Virus record (IMG/VR): IMGVR_UViG_3300025150_000006
Coordinates: 1-64,000 of that record
Strand: one strand, 5' to 3'
DNA length: 64,000 nt
Origin: a virus
The translations under genes were made by a program, and so were the position numbers. The notes beneath the pieces are model-generated. The model was not told the DNA's origin. It ran no database searches and worked only from the letters and a program-made list of their open reading frames with translations. Below, one piece after another: positions 53,195 to 62,599 of the stretch. The first letter of the stretch is position 1. Each line of letters begins with the position of its first letter.

Positions 53195-54454
53195 TCACGC
53201 GATCCGAGTTGCTTGCCACTCAACCGTCATGGTCTGGTTGGTGGCAAAATTGATGGTGAACCCAGTGGCCAACTTGCCCGTGATCCACGGGGTTTCATCA
53301 TTGGCAGGCTGCGAAGGAACTTCGAGATGCACCTGGTAGACCGCATCCGACATGGGAACATCGAACGACACCGCTACCGTGGTGGCAGCCCCGAAGACCG
53401 CAGACCCGGTCTGGGTGGGGAGGTCCAACACGGCACCGGCGGCAGGTGCCGTGATCGCTGCAATGGATGTGTTCCGGGCCGTGCAAGTCACGGTCTCGGT
53501 CACGAGCAACTCCGCCATCGAGCAGTTGTGGAACTGGAACGTCTGGTTACCCGACAAGGTCACGGCGGGGAGGACTGTGCCCTCAACGAACAAAGTTCCA
53601 GACCCGGCCAGATCCACTGCAAAAGGTGTAGCGAGACCAGTGTTCTCCGCGATCGCCCCGCAGTCGATGATCCGATAGGTGCCCTCCCCTGAAAAAGGAA
53701 CGTCGTTGGCCGTGTCGAACCGAAGGTCAATGGCCCCCACGCCCTGGACGTAGGACAAACGAAAAGTGCCCACTTCCTGGATGAGCAACAGACCCAGGTC
53801 TGCTGCTTCCCCCCACTGGCCCCCGGTGACGATCAGGTTCTCGACCGCCGTCGCCCAGATGTTCCGGGTGCCACCAGCCGAGTCGGCACTCAGGTCACAG
53901 TCCTTGATCACGATGCCCGAGGACCCCACCGTCGAGGCTGCAGCACCAATCACTCGGATGCACGCCTTGTTGGTGTGGACGTTCGTGATGGTGAACCCCT
54001 GGATGAGGATCGAGAGAGGGATGGTCCCAAACTGAGCCGAGATGATGACCGTGTGGTCAGCACCAGGGGCATCGGGAGTCGCTTCGAGAACGGACTCAAT
54101 AGTGGGGTGGCCCAAGCCAACCAGGCGAACGCCATCACGGACGATGTTGACCGTCTCGGTATAGACCCCTGGCAGCACCAGGATGAGGTAGGGATTCGCC
54201 GAGGAGGCCGATGTAGGCACCACGTCAAGGGCTGACTGGATGGTGGTGTACGCCGCCCCGGCTCCACTCTTGCCGACCACCAACACGTTGGTGATGGCGT
54301 TCAACCCAGCAAGCTGGGACAGAGTGAGGGGGCTTGTGATGATCGTGTCTTGGAACGCGAGCCCACCCGTGCCAGCGTCACGGCTGATACGTCGAGTCCC
54401 GGCGGAGCCGGGCTCAATGTCAATCTGGTCGATGAGGAATGGAGCTTGCGCCAT
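53195..54454 (-). CDS. Pectin-lyase-like beta-helix protein with a C-terminal lectin-like beta-sandwich
   Basis: YTTIQSALD...LPGVYTETV (pectinesterase-like start); C-terminal VSFDVPMSDAVY..TGFTI. Confidence 0.7.
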   Translation of the reverse strand: MAQAPFLIDQIDIEPGSAGTRRISRDAGTGGLAFQDTIITSPLTLSQLAGLNAITNVLVVGKSGAGAAYTTIQSALDVVPTSASSANPYLILVLPGVYTETVNIVRDGVRLVGLGHPTIESVLEATPDAPGADHTVIISAQFGTIPLSILIQGFTITNVHTNKACIRVIGAAASTVGSSGIVIKDCDLSADSAGGTRNIWATAVENLIVTGGQWGEAADLGLLLIQEVGTFRLSYVQGVGAIDLRFDTANDVPFSGEGTYRIIDCGAIAENTGLATPFAVDLAGSGTLFVEGTVLPAVTLSGNQTFQFHNCSMAELLVTETVTCTARNTSIAAITAPAAGAVLDLPTQTGSAVFGAATTVAVSFDVPMSDAVYQVHLEVPSQPANDETPWITGKLATGFTINFATNQTMTVEWQATRIA

Positions 54455-54457
54455 CGG

Positions 54458-55063
54458 TTACCTCACCTGACCTTGATACTTGTGGAGCGTGGTCCGCACG
54501 TACTGCCGGATGTCCTTGGCCATCTGGGCGTAAGGGCCATTTCCCCCGCCATCAAACTCTGTCTCTTCCACCAGGTCGTCCAGGATCTGGGCGGCCTCCA
54601 ACCCCTTGGAAGCATAACTCTCCAGAGCCTGCTTGAGCTTGGCCCTGTACTGTCCTGCCCCGGCGAGCCGAGTAGTGGCATACCTTCCCTTGCGAAGGAC
54701 ACCCTTGGCGGCAAGTTGACAGAACAGGCCAACCCGCATCCGGCGATTCATCAAAATCGGGCTCCCTGACCGACTCATCTTCAGGTAGGCATCCAACCCC
54801 TTCTCATCCGCTGTCACACCGCGAAGACGACTGGCTTCCTCTCCGAGAAGGGCTGACATCGTATCACGGTCGTAGCCCATCTTGCGTGCTTCCTCACGGA
54901 AGACGTTGATGCCCCAGTCGGAGAGTTCCCCCTGGTTATACCGATCGGGATCACGACCGAAATCCGCCAACATCATCTTGGCGGTCCCAATCAACCCCAG
55001 GGGGGATGCGAGCACTCGAAGGGCTAGTTTGTCTATCCGTGCTTCGTTCATCTTGTTCCTCAC
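54458..55063 (-). CDS. Putative internal head protein
   Basis: IDKLALRVLA and TRLAG motifs. Confidence 0.6.
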   Translation of the reverse strand: MRNKMNEARIDKLALRVLASPLGLIGTAKMMLADFGRDPDRYNQGELSDWGINVFREEARKMGYDRDTMSALLGEEASRLRGVTADEKGLDAYLKMSRSGSPILMNRRMRVGLFCQLAAKGVLRKGRYATTRLAGAGQYRAKLKQALESYASKGLEAAQILDDLVEETEFDGGGNGPYAQMAKDIRQYVRTTLHKYQGQVR

Positions 55064-55749
55064 ACGAACACATCGTAGCCAACCAGCACAGGTGAGCCAG
55101 CCGCTGGAACGTGCCCCAACGTGATGGTGAACCCCGTCTTGAGCTTGGTCACGGTCGGGACATAGGCGTCGAAGAACCCCTGAGGTGCCAACAGCACTCG
55201 GTAGTTCGTCGTGGACAGCGGAGTGGTGAACACCACTGCCTTGGACCCAGCATCGGTGTCTGCGATGGACACCGTACCTGACAGGTCACTGGTGCCCGAC
55301 GTCTTGACGAGCACCGAGTAGCCCACCGTCTTGGGAGCCGCCAGGGTGCCGTAGACCGTTGCAGCCTCAACCGTGAACCCAGTTGTGGTCCAGCCCGAAG
55401 TGATGAGCAACGTCGAGTCAGGGATGGTGAGCACCACCCGATAGTTCGTGTTGTTCAGCACCCCCGGCGGGATGACTACAGCCTGACTTGTCTGCCCCGT
55501 GAACACCACGTTACCCGACTCGACCTCTGTCTCCAGTTGAAGCAAGGTGACGAGTTCGGTGGCCGCCTTGATGTCGGCCATCACGGTCGCGGACATCGCG
55601 GTGTACGGGTCACAGATCCCGCCGGTCGGTGTGCGGATGTTCCGCACCGACACCACACCCTGTGCATCCACCACGACGTCGAAGTAGTAGGACTGCGACC
55701 CCGAGGTGGACTTGTAGGTGTGAACCGACTGTTGGCGGGTGAGGGCCAT
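55060..55749 (-). CDS. Structural protein with two lectin-like beta repeats
   Basis: Duplicated TNYRV...TGFT unit. Confidence 0.65.
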   Translation of the reverse strand: MALTRQQSVHTYKSTSGSQSYYFDVVVDAQGVVSVRNIRTPTGGICDPYTAMSATVMADIKAATELVTLLQLETEVESGNVVFTGQTSQAVVIPPGVLNNTNYRVVLTIPDSTLLITSGWTTTGFTVEAATVYGTLAAPKTVGYSVLVKTSGTSDLSGTVSIADTDAGSKAVVFTTPLSTTNYRVLLAPQGFFDAYVPTVTKLKTGFTITLGHVPAAGSPVLVGYDVFV

Positions 55750-55752
55750 CGA

Positions 55753-57723
55753 CTACAGCCCCAGGGCTGTGTTAATCGCCCTACGATCAAAAGAAGTCAC
55801 CCCGGACTCGAACTGCATTACCCGGCCATCATAGTAACCAAAGAGGATCTCCTTGCCTCGACTCTTCTTGGTCACATAGAGACGCCTGCCCTTCCATACC
55901 GAGGATGCCGTGAATCCAGCATCCTGAACAGCCTCCAGACCCTCCTGGAGAGAAAGAGAAGCAGCCGTCCGCTGAGCACGCAGCTCGGCGAGACGAGACG
56001 AAGTTGAAGCAATCCTCAGCTTCAGCACTGCCACGCCCATGCTGCCGTGAGCCAGTGAGACACCATAATCCCTCTTGAACAGGATCCACTTCGCCTGTCC
56101 CTGAAGGACCGGAGCACCATCCACGATGGGGAAGAGCTGCTTGCTGTACACGTTATACTTCTCGGAGTACGTCGTGCGTCCCACCATGAACTCTTGCTCA
56201 CCTGCCTCATAGGTAGACTTGTAGGTGATGAACAGACGCTTGCCCTTGGTCAGGCCGTCGTACTGACTGTCCGACATGAGTGTGGCCAGATGAGCATTGT
56301 TCTCCTCAGGAGAAGCGAACAGCCTCATCTTCGGGACCTCAGAGCCCTGATAGGCCATGACGAAGTAGGCATTGTACTTGTAGGCGGACCACTTGCCCGT
56401 GTCAGAAGTGAGCTTGGCTACCACCCCATGGTAGTTGAACTTGGCAAGGGCCTGGATGAGCACCTTGCGAGTCTTCGCGGCCACTTCCTTGGCTTGATCG
56501 TTGGTGGCACCCGGAGACAGAAGACCTTCGATGACGAAACCTTCTGCACGGTAAGGGACACCATCAGGTGTGATGGTGTTTTCCCTTTCATGTCCCCAGG
56601 CCTCAATCGGACCGGCACCAAGTCCTGACCTCTTCAGGGTGGCTGCCATCAACTTGTAGATGGCAGCCGCTGCCCCCGCAAAGTCCTTGTTTGCCGACCG
56701 ACGCTTGGCCTCCCGGTCCATGATTGGGGCCAAGATCCTATGAGCTGCCTGTGCTTGTGCCTGTGCTGCTCGAATCACTTCCTGAGTCGTCCCCTCAGTT
56801 TCAACTGAGAGCCACTTGGACCCAGTGGTTGCCTTCAGGAACTCCTCACTCCACTTGGGCTGGAGATAGTAGCTGTAGCTGGCCTTGAGCGAATCCTGGG
56901 AGGGACCCCACTGATGGATCTCAATCTGGATCTCGGTTGGCCCACCGCCGATGCTGGGGAGCGTTGGGACCTCAATCTCGGCCTTGCCTGAAAGCCCACC
57001 CGTATGATTGGGAGTCACCTTGAACTTGCTCACCCGACCACCGAGAGCTTTTGCAGCGGCGTCCGACCAGGCACGCAGTGCCGGAGTGACCTGGCTATCA
57101 TCACCGGCGGTCTTGCCCTTGAACTGATCCATCTCGGCCTGGACCTTGGCCATCCTGGCCAACAATGCTGTTCGGTTCACGGTTGCTTCCTTGTTCTTGT
57201 ACTTCGAGCGGTCCACCCCTCCGGGCCAACGCTGCTGAACATACTTCTTGTTGTACTCGCTCTTCTCATCCAGCTCACCAGCGAGCCTCTCATCACCACA
57301 GGCGCAGGTGGCGTGGCGCTGAAGGAGCGGGATGATGAACTGGCGGGACTCGGGAACCTCCGAGGCGACCCGTAGAAGGGCTTGCTTGATCGTGCCCGCT
57401 TGCTTGTGCTGTGCCCAAAACAAGTCGGACTCTTCTTTTGCCTTCGCTATGACCGCTTGGGCCTTTTGAGCACCAAGCGGCGTGAGCTGCATGTTGAGGG
57501 GGTAGTCCATGTCGATGACCACCCCGCCCCTACCTGCATTGATATAGCCCTTCTTCAAGAGGGCTATTGCTAGACGCGGTGGGATCCCCGAATCCCGGAT
57601 GGTCCATTCATTGTGGTCTCTCGGCGGGTCCACTTTGAACTTCTTGACGTCAGCCTTGTACAACCGAACAAGGGCTTCATCGATCGTTCGTACAGGACTG
57701 GCCGCTTGCTTGATCGTGCTCAT
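55753..57723 (-). CDS. Putative internal-head polyprotein
   Basis: TIKQA twice, LLRVASEVPESRQFIIPLL, and RLA/KTA/RIA/RTA junctions. Confidence 0.65.
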   Translation of the reverse strand: MSTIKQAASPVRTIDEALVRLYKADVKKFKVDPPRDHNEWTIRDSGIPPRLAIALLKKGYINAGRGGVVIDMDYPLNMQLTPLGAQKAQAVIAKAKEESDLFWAQHKQAGTIKQALLRVASEVPESRQFIIPLLQRHATCACGDERLAGELDEKSEYNKKYVQQRWPGGVDRSKYKNKEATVNRTALLARMAKVQAEMDQFKGKTAGDDSQVTPALRAWSDAAAKALGGRVSKFKVTPNHTGGLSGKAEIEVPTLPSIGGGPTEIQIEIHQWGPSQDSLKASYSYYLQPKWSEEFLKATTGSKWLSVETEGTTQEVIRAAQAQAQAAHRILAPIMDREAKRRSANKDFAGAAAAIYKLMAATLKRSGLGAGPIEAWGHERENTITPDGVPYRAEGFVIEGLLSPGATNDQAKEVAAKTRKVLIQALAKFNYHGVVAKLTSDTGKWSAYKYNAYFVMAYQGSEVPKMRLFASPEENNAHLATLMSDSQYDGLTKGKRLFITYKSTYEAGEQEFMVGRTTYSEKYNVYSKQLFPIVDGAPVLQGQAKWILFKRDYGVSLAHGSMGVAVLKLRIASTSSRLAELRAQRTAASLSLQEGLEAVQDAGFTASSVWKGRRLYVTKKSRGKEILFGYYDGRVMQFESGVTSFDRRAINTALGL

Positions 57724-57729
57724 TGGATC

Positions 57730-58038
57730 TCACCAGATTCCGGTCGTTTCGAAGCCACGCTTCTCAAACCACTGACCAAGGGCCATCAAGCCGTCGTGAT
57801 CCTTGGACCACAGCTCCAGGCCATCAAAACTGGAAGCGACACCGAGGTCCGCAACACGCGGAACACCCTTCATCGCGACCTTGCCGTCACGGAACGAGTA
57901 GAGCAGACTCGCCAAGTTACGGATTTCCTGTGCACCGTACAGCACACGAATCCGATACTCCGGGAACGAGACCTCACGGAGCCACCTTTCGGCGACCCGT
58001 TTCGTCATCAGCACCTGGTTTTTGGACTCATTCTTCAT
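57730..58038 (-). CDS. Putative internal head protein
   Basis: TKRVAERWL motif; first gene after a class II motif. Confidence 0.65.
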   Translation of the reverse strand: MKNESKNQVLMTKRVAERWLREVSFPEYRIRVLYGAQEIRNLASLLYSFRDGKVAMKGVPRVADLGVASSFDGLELWSKDHDGLMALGQWFEKRGFETTGIW

Positions 58039-58058
58039 GGGCGAAGCACCCCTATGCT

Positions 58059-58086
58059 CTACCTGGTCGGCGGCATAGGCGAACTA
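58059..58086 (-). promoter_or_regulatory. Class II promoter-like motif at the start of the morphogenesis region
   Basis: TAGTTCGCCTAT-N12-GTAG. Confidence 0.75.
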
Positions 58087-58090
58087 ACGC

Positions 58091-58693
58091 CTAGTCGATG
58101 ACGTGAGTCCAACGGCCATCCCATGCCGGACGCTGAACCTCACGGAGGATGTTCAGGTTCTCGGCAATGGTATCGAACATCGCCGCCAGATCCGTCAGAC
58201 CATTGTGGTCGCGCATCCTCTTAACCGCTCGAATGAACCGATGCCGCACTAGCCCCTGGGTGACACCAAGCCTCTTGGCGACCTCACTCTGACAGGTCGT
58301 CTCCCACATCAACACCATGATCTGGGCGTCGAGGGGGTCCGGCAAGAAACCGGTCATGGCTTCTTCAAGTTCGGGGCGGGTGATGCTGGGGAGCTGGAGG
58401 AGGAACTGGATGCGGGAGGTAGCACGTTTGAGACGGTAGCAGACCGTGGGTTGACTAACCCCGAAGATGATCGCGATGTCCGTCTGATTGATGTGCCGGA
58501 AGAAGTACAGGTCTACGAAGTCAGCTTCCCGAGGAGGAAGTTGATCGAGCATCCCCCGTACCCGGTCAATCTTGACCATGGACTCCTCAGATGGCTCGGT
58601 GAACACCGATTCCAGATGAGATATGGAGTCCTCGTTCGAGTACCGAGTCTCGATGTCCAGAGGGTCCGTCATGTGATGTCCTGACCAGCTCAT
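58091..58693 (-). CDS. Protein with tandem sigma70 region-4-like HTH domains
   Basis: LDQLPPRE...QTDIAIIFGVSQPTV and QSEVAKRLGVTQGLV; no region 2 recognised. Confidence 0.75.
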   Translation of the reverse strand: MSWSGHHMTDPLDIETRYSNEDSISHLESVFTEPSEESMVKIDRVRGMLDQLPPREADFVDLYFFRHINQTDIAIIFGVSQPTVCYRLKRATSRIQFLLQLPSITRPELEEAMTGFLPDPLDAQIMVLMWETTCQSEVAKRLGVTQGLVRHRFIRAVKRMRDHNGLTDLAAMFDTIAENLNILREVQRPAWDGRWTHVID

Positions 58694-58771
58694 CGCAGTC
58701 CACGTTGCTCGCGACTCAGATCAAGAAGCACCAAGACCACCCCCACTATACCAAAAACTATCGTTCGTCCA

Positions 58772-59320
58772 TCATCCTGCATCAACCTCCTCAAGAAACA
58801 CCCTGGGGATTGTGGCAACAACATCCAAGGATCTCAGGGTGATACGCACGAAACCGTTATCTTGGTCAAGACCTGCAATAAACCCCTCCAACCCCCTGTA
58901 GGGACCATCGAGGATACGCACCTGCGCCTTGAGTGGGATCTCAGCCGTGACCATCTCCCGCAGCTTGCGCTGCATGGCTCCCACCTGGGCATTTGAGATC
59001 ACAGACAGGTAACGCAACTTGTGCTTTCCCTGCCTGGTACTCATCACCTGGCTGACATAGGGGGTCTTCTCCAGAGCGAAGTACGCCACCTCGTCAAGTC
59101 CAGACCCCACGAAAGCGTAGCCCTCCATCAGGTGGACGGGGGTCATCTTTCCGTCGCGTGTGAACAACGCGACGGGTACGAACACCGGATGATCGTCCCC
59201 CACATGAAGATCCCGACGAAGGGCTCTTTCGAGGACCCCCTCAACCGCCTGTAGTTCGCCTGCGTGGGTTAGCTCAAGAGCTACCCAGGTGTGTTCGTCA
59301 CGGAGATCCCCCATCACCAC
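58772..59320 (-). CDS. NusG-family transcription factor (NGN plus KOW)
   Basis: WVALE...VFVP...LMEGYAFV; KOW VRILDGPYRGLEG. Confidence 0.8.
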   Translation of the reverse strand: MVMGDLRDEHTWVALELTHAGELQAVEGVLERALRRDLHVGDDHPVFVPVALFTRDGKMTPVHLMEGYAFVGSGLDEVAYFALEKTPYVSQVMSTRQGKHKLRYLSVISNAQVGAMQRKLREMVTAEIPLKAQVRILDGPYRGLEGFIAGLDQDNGFVRITLRSLDVVATIPRVFLEEVDAG

Positions 59321-60719
59321 TTTCCTGATCGAGGTCCAGGATGGTCTGGTGGAGCATCAGTGCGAAGTTCGCAGGTGTGATAACTGACGATGACTTGCTC
59401 CGGTTGCCAACCACGCTCAGATCCCGCTTGATGGAGGCCGGTCCGCGCTCGGCGGCCACCCAGGCGGCGTCCTGGTCAGGAACCATACCAAGGTCCGGCG
59501 AACTTCCCTGCATGTCTGGAACCGAAAAACGTGGTTCCTGTGGAACCGCACCCTGAACAGGGACTTGATCAAGGGTCTTCACTGGAAGTGCGGGTGTCGG
59601 CGCGGATACGGAAACACCCGTGGCCTGCACTTGAAGCACCGCCACGGGATCACGAACAGAACCTCCAACGTGATGCAAATGGGCGAGGTCCATCAGCAAC
59701 ATCGCAGCGGTTGGCCTACCCGGCCGGGCAGCAAAACGTGAAGCAAACCCCAAGAGCTTGGACCCCAGTGATCCACCCAAGGCCACCAACCGTTCCTTGC
59801 CCCAATGGGCTGGGACAGATTCCCCAAGAGATGCCTGAAAGGCCAACATCGACACTTCGGCCAACCTGTCATAACAGGTGGCCGGAGAAGCCCTCTCCAT
59901 GATCCTCCGGGCCGCCTCAAATGCCGCAGGGAGGTTGGTCCCGATCGCGTCAAGGAGATCCAGATAGGCGGTGTTCAGATCCAGGTGAAGGTACTTCTCG
60001 ACGTGCTCTCGGGTGACCCCTCCAAGCATAGAGACACCCTCGATAGCCTTGAGGGCATCGCGGATGTGGCACTCGGTGATCTCGGCCACCAGGGTGAGCA
60101 TCTCGGGCTCGAAAGAGATGTTCTCCTGCTCGCAGATGTGCTGGAGCCGGTCTGCAATGAGCTGTGGCTGCATTGGTTGAATCACGAAGGCTGGGGCACA
60201 ACGTGAAAGCACCGTGGCCCTCATCCGCTCGGGCTCGGTCGTGCAGAAGATGCAGGTGAGCTGCTTGTCCTCAGACCCCGGCATCGTGTCTTCAAGGGGC
60301 TTCAGCAGTGCATCCAGAGCATCCTTCGATAGCTGGTGAGCCTCGTCAAAGAGATAGATCCGACGTTTACCTGAGAAGGTGCTGTACTGGATCTCCTCCT
60401 TGATCTTGTTCACGTCTCCCTTGCCCGAGTGGGTTGCCGCATCCACCTCCATGAAATCCAAGGAGGTGCCGTGCTCTAGCAACCCTTTGCATGAATGGCA
60501 TTCATCACAGGGCTCCCCGTCCTGTGTGTTCTCACAGAGCAGAGCACGGGCCAAGATACGACCCAAGGTGGTCTTACCTCGGCCGCGTTCTCCGCAGAAC
60601 AGGTAGGATTGCCGGAACCCCCGCCCCTGTACAACGTACTGCTTCAGGATGGTGATGGTGGCGTCTTGCCCCAACACATCACTGTAGCGGTAGGGACGGT
60701 ACTTGATGTCGAGACTCAC
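59298..60719 (-). CDS. dnaX: DNA polymerase III gamma/tau clamp loader
   Basis: KYRP...DVLGQ, GERGRGKTT, Zn motif CDECHSC, DEAH, SRC. Confidence 0.92.
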   Translation of the reverse strand: MSLDIKYRPYRYSDVLGQDATITILKQYVVQGRGFRQSYLFCGERGRGKTTLGRILARALLCENTQDGEPCDECHSCKGLLEHGTSLDFMEVDAATHSGKGDVNKIKEEIQYSTFSGKRRIYLFDEAHQLSKDALDALLKPLEDTMPGSEDKQLTCIFCTTEPERMRATVLSRCAPAFVIQPMQPQLIADRLQHICEQENISFEPEMLTLVAEITECHIRDALKAIEGVSMLGGVTREHVEKYLHLDLNTAYLDLLDAIGTNLPAAFEAARRIMERASPATCYDRLAEVSMLAFQASLGESVPAHWGKERLVALGGSLGSKLLGFASRFAARPGRPTAAMLLMDLAHLHHVGGSVRDPVAVLQVQATGVSVSAPTPALPVKTLDQVPVQGAVPQEPRFSVPDMQGSSPDLGMVPDQDAAWVAAERGPASIKRDLSVVGNRSKSSSVITPANFALMLHQTILDLDQESGDGGSP

Positions 60720-60740
60720 AGCAGTCCTCCTCTACTCAGA

Positions 60741-61241
60741 TCAGGGCGTGTTCTTGCCCTTCTTCGCTGGGGCGGGGACAGCCTTCTCCCCAAAGAGAGA
60801 CAGGATGATGTCCGCCTCCGGCGTGGAACCACTGGTACGCCAGAACCCGTACTCCTCGACCTCCTCGCGGAAGAAGGACACGTCGGGCAGCTTGACGAAG
60901 AACCGCATCTTGTGAGTCTCGGGGTTCTCCTCGACACCACAGGCACAAAGGTGATGGAACAGCAGAGCTTCCCGCTCGCCATCACTCATCGTCTCCCACT
61001 GGTCGCCCGCGAGGGTGATGACGAACTTCCACTCCTTCTCCCCGTCCACGACGGACAGCAGAGGGGTCGCCTTGGAGGTCTTGCCTGCGATGATCACGTC
61101 ACCGCTCTTGCCCGCCTTCTCCTTGAAGACGATGAGGATCTCTTCATCGACAAGGGCGAGCCCGGAGAGGACCGCGTTCTTGGCGATCAGGGCCTGCATG
61201 GTCTTGTAGACCTCGTCACCAGCTTTCCACAGATCAGACAT
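60741..61241 (-). CDS. Putative phage metallopeptidase-like protein
   Basis: FVITL...W...REALLFHHLCAC..PDV..FREEVEEYG; HELxH motif degenerate. Confidence 0.6.
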   Translation of the reverse strand: MSDLWKAGDEVYKTMQALIAKNAVLSGLALVDEEILIVFKEKAGKSGDVIIAGKTSKATPLLSVVDGEKEWKFVITLAGDQWETMSDGEREALLFHHLCACGVEENPETHKMRFFVKLPDVSFFREEVEEYGFWRTSGSTPEADIILSLFGEKAVPAPAKKGKNTP

Positions 61242-61251
61242 CGTTGCTCTC

Positions 61252-61953
61252 CTATGGGAACGCCGCTCGCATCGCGGCAACGCCACCTTGGTTCCAGATC
61301 TCACCGGGGTCCTTACCCCGGTAGTTCACAGCTACTGCTCTCACCTTTACCCAATTGAGGTATTGCAGAGCCCCCCACCGCTTCCTTCCCTTCTCGTCGA
61401 TGAATCCGTGGACCCCGTGCTGCCCCGCCTCATCATTGTCGTAGACCATCTTGACCCAACCCCGGCAGAACCGGCGGAGGAACTCTATGTGTTTGTCGGT
61501 GAGCTTGGCTCGCAGGCTTGCCAGCACCACATCCCCTGACGGAACTGCCCATTCCATCGCGAACAAATCGAACAGACCCTCCACGATCCACACATCGGCC
61601 CCCGCCCAGATGCGCTGCATAGTCTGAGGCGTCAAGCCAAACCACAACGGATGCCACCCCGCATCAGGCAGAAGGTAGCGGGTGACCATCTTCTCCGGTA
61701 GCTTCCGACCCTCGAACCCAAGCACCTTGCCCTTGGGGCTGAACAAGGGCCAGATGGCCCAGTCCCCAAGCAGCTCCCCCTTGGTCCCGTACCTCTCACA
61801 GAAATCCAGCTCCGGGCAGTCTTCGAGCAAGGGTTGCCAGGTCTTGATCCCGAACTGACATATGGACTCTTCCGAAGCCCCACGGCCCAGGAAATAGCCC
61901 TCGTGAGCTTCAGTCAGTGACAGGTTCGGGAGGTGATTCAGCAGCCAGCTCAT
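61252..61953 (-). CDS. DNA primase (DnaG catalytic/Toprim core, no Zn-binding domain)
   Basis: GFEGR, IVEGLFD, YDNDEAG, KDPGE. Confidence 0.85.
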   Translation of the reverse strand: MSWLLNHLPNLSLTEAHEGYFLGRGASEESICQFGIKTWQPLLEDCPELDFCERYGTKGELLGDWAIWPLFSPKGKVLGFEGRKLPEKMVTRYLLPDAGWHPLWFGLTPQTMQRIWAGADVWIVEGLFDLFAMEWAVPSGDVVLASLRAKLTDKHIEFLRRFCRGWVKMVYDNDEAGQHGVHGFIDEKGRKRWGALQYLNWVKVRAVAVNYRGKDPGEIWNQGGVAAMRAAFP

Positions 61954-62599
61954 TGCGGGCGGGTCCTTGGGAGATGGCCATGCCCCGTGCAGCGTTGTGA
62001 ACCACCCCGGCGATCTTCTTTGCCGTCACCAGGCTGGCTACCCCCACGAATGCACGGTCCTTCGGGACTACGATGATCGTGCCATCCGGCACCCACGATG
62101 AGGGCCGGAACGGGAGACCGATCTCCTCGATGAGCGGTCGAAGCTCCGGGGGCATCAGGTCCACCAGCTCTACTCGCTTGCCATCTTCCTCGACCCCCTC
62201 CCCATCGTCCTGATCATCGAGCATTGCTACAGAACCCGTATGGCTTCGGGGGATGAGCAACTCCAATGCCCCCAACTCGTAGAACTCCAGATGGTCTACC
62301 GCCGCTCGGAGTCCTTCCATCGTCAACGGCTGAATGTTGCCCCACTCCTGTTGACGACCCATCGCGACCACGGCGTCCACGACCTCGGCGAAGAACTCAC
62401 CCAGAGTCGTTTCCCGTACAGCGGCCTTCACAACTGGCCCCGGGTGAGGCTGTGTGATCCACATCACGGATGAGGATGAAGACACCAGGTAGGGTGCCGT
62501 TTCCTCTGCCACCTGGAACTCCAGCATCAACGGGACGACGTTCTTCCGTTGCATCGCCCGAGACTGGAGCCTTGTTACAACGAGCAGGTGACTCATCAC
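61910..62599 (-). CDS. Hypothetical protein, weakly capsid-fold-like
   Basis: SSWVPDGTIIVV resembles MCP TSRLVPNGTVYL. Confidence 0.6.
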   Translation of the reverse strand: MMSHLLVVTRLQSRAMQRKNVVPLMLEFQVAEETAPYLVSSSSSVMWITQPHPGPVVKAAVRETTLGEFFAEVVDAVVAMGRQQEWGNIQPLTMEGLRAAVDHLEFYELGALELLIPRSHTGSVAMLDDQDDGEGVEEDGKRVELVDLMPPELRPLIEEIGLPFRPSSWVPDGTIIVVPKDRAFVGVASLVTAKKIAGVVHNAARGMAISQGPARNELAAESPPEPVTD

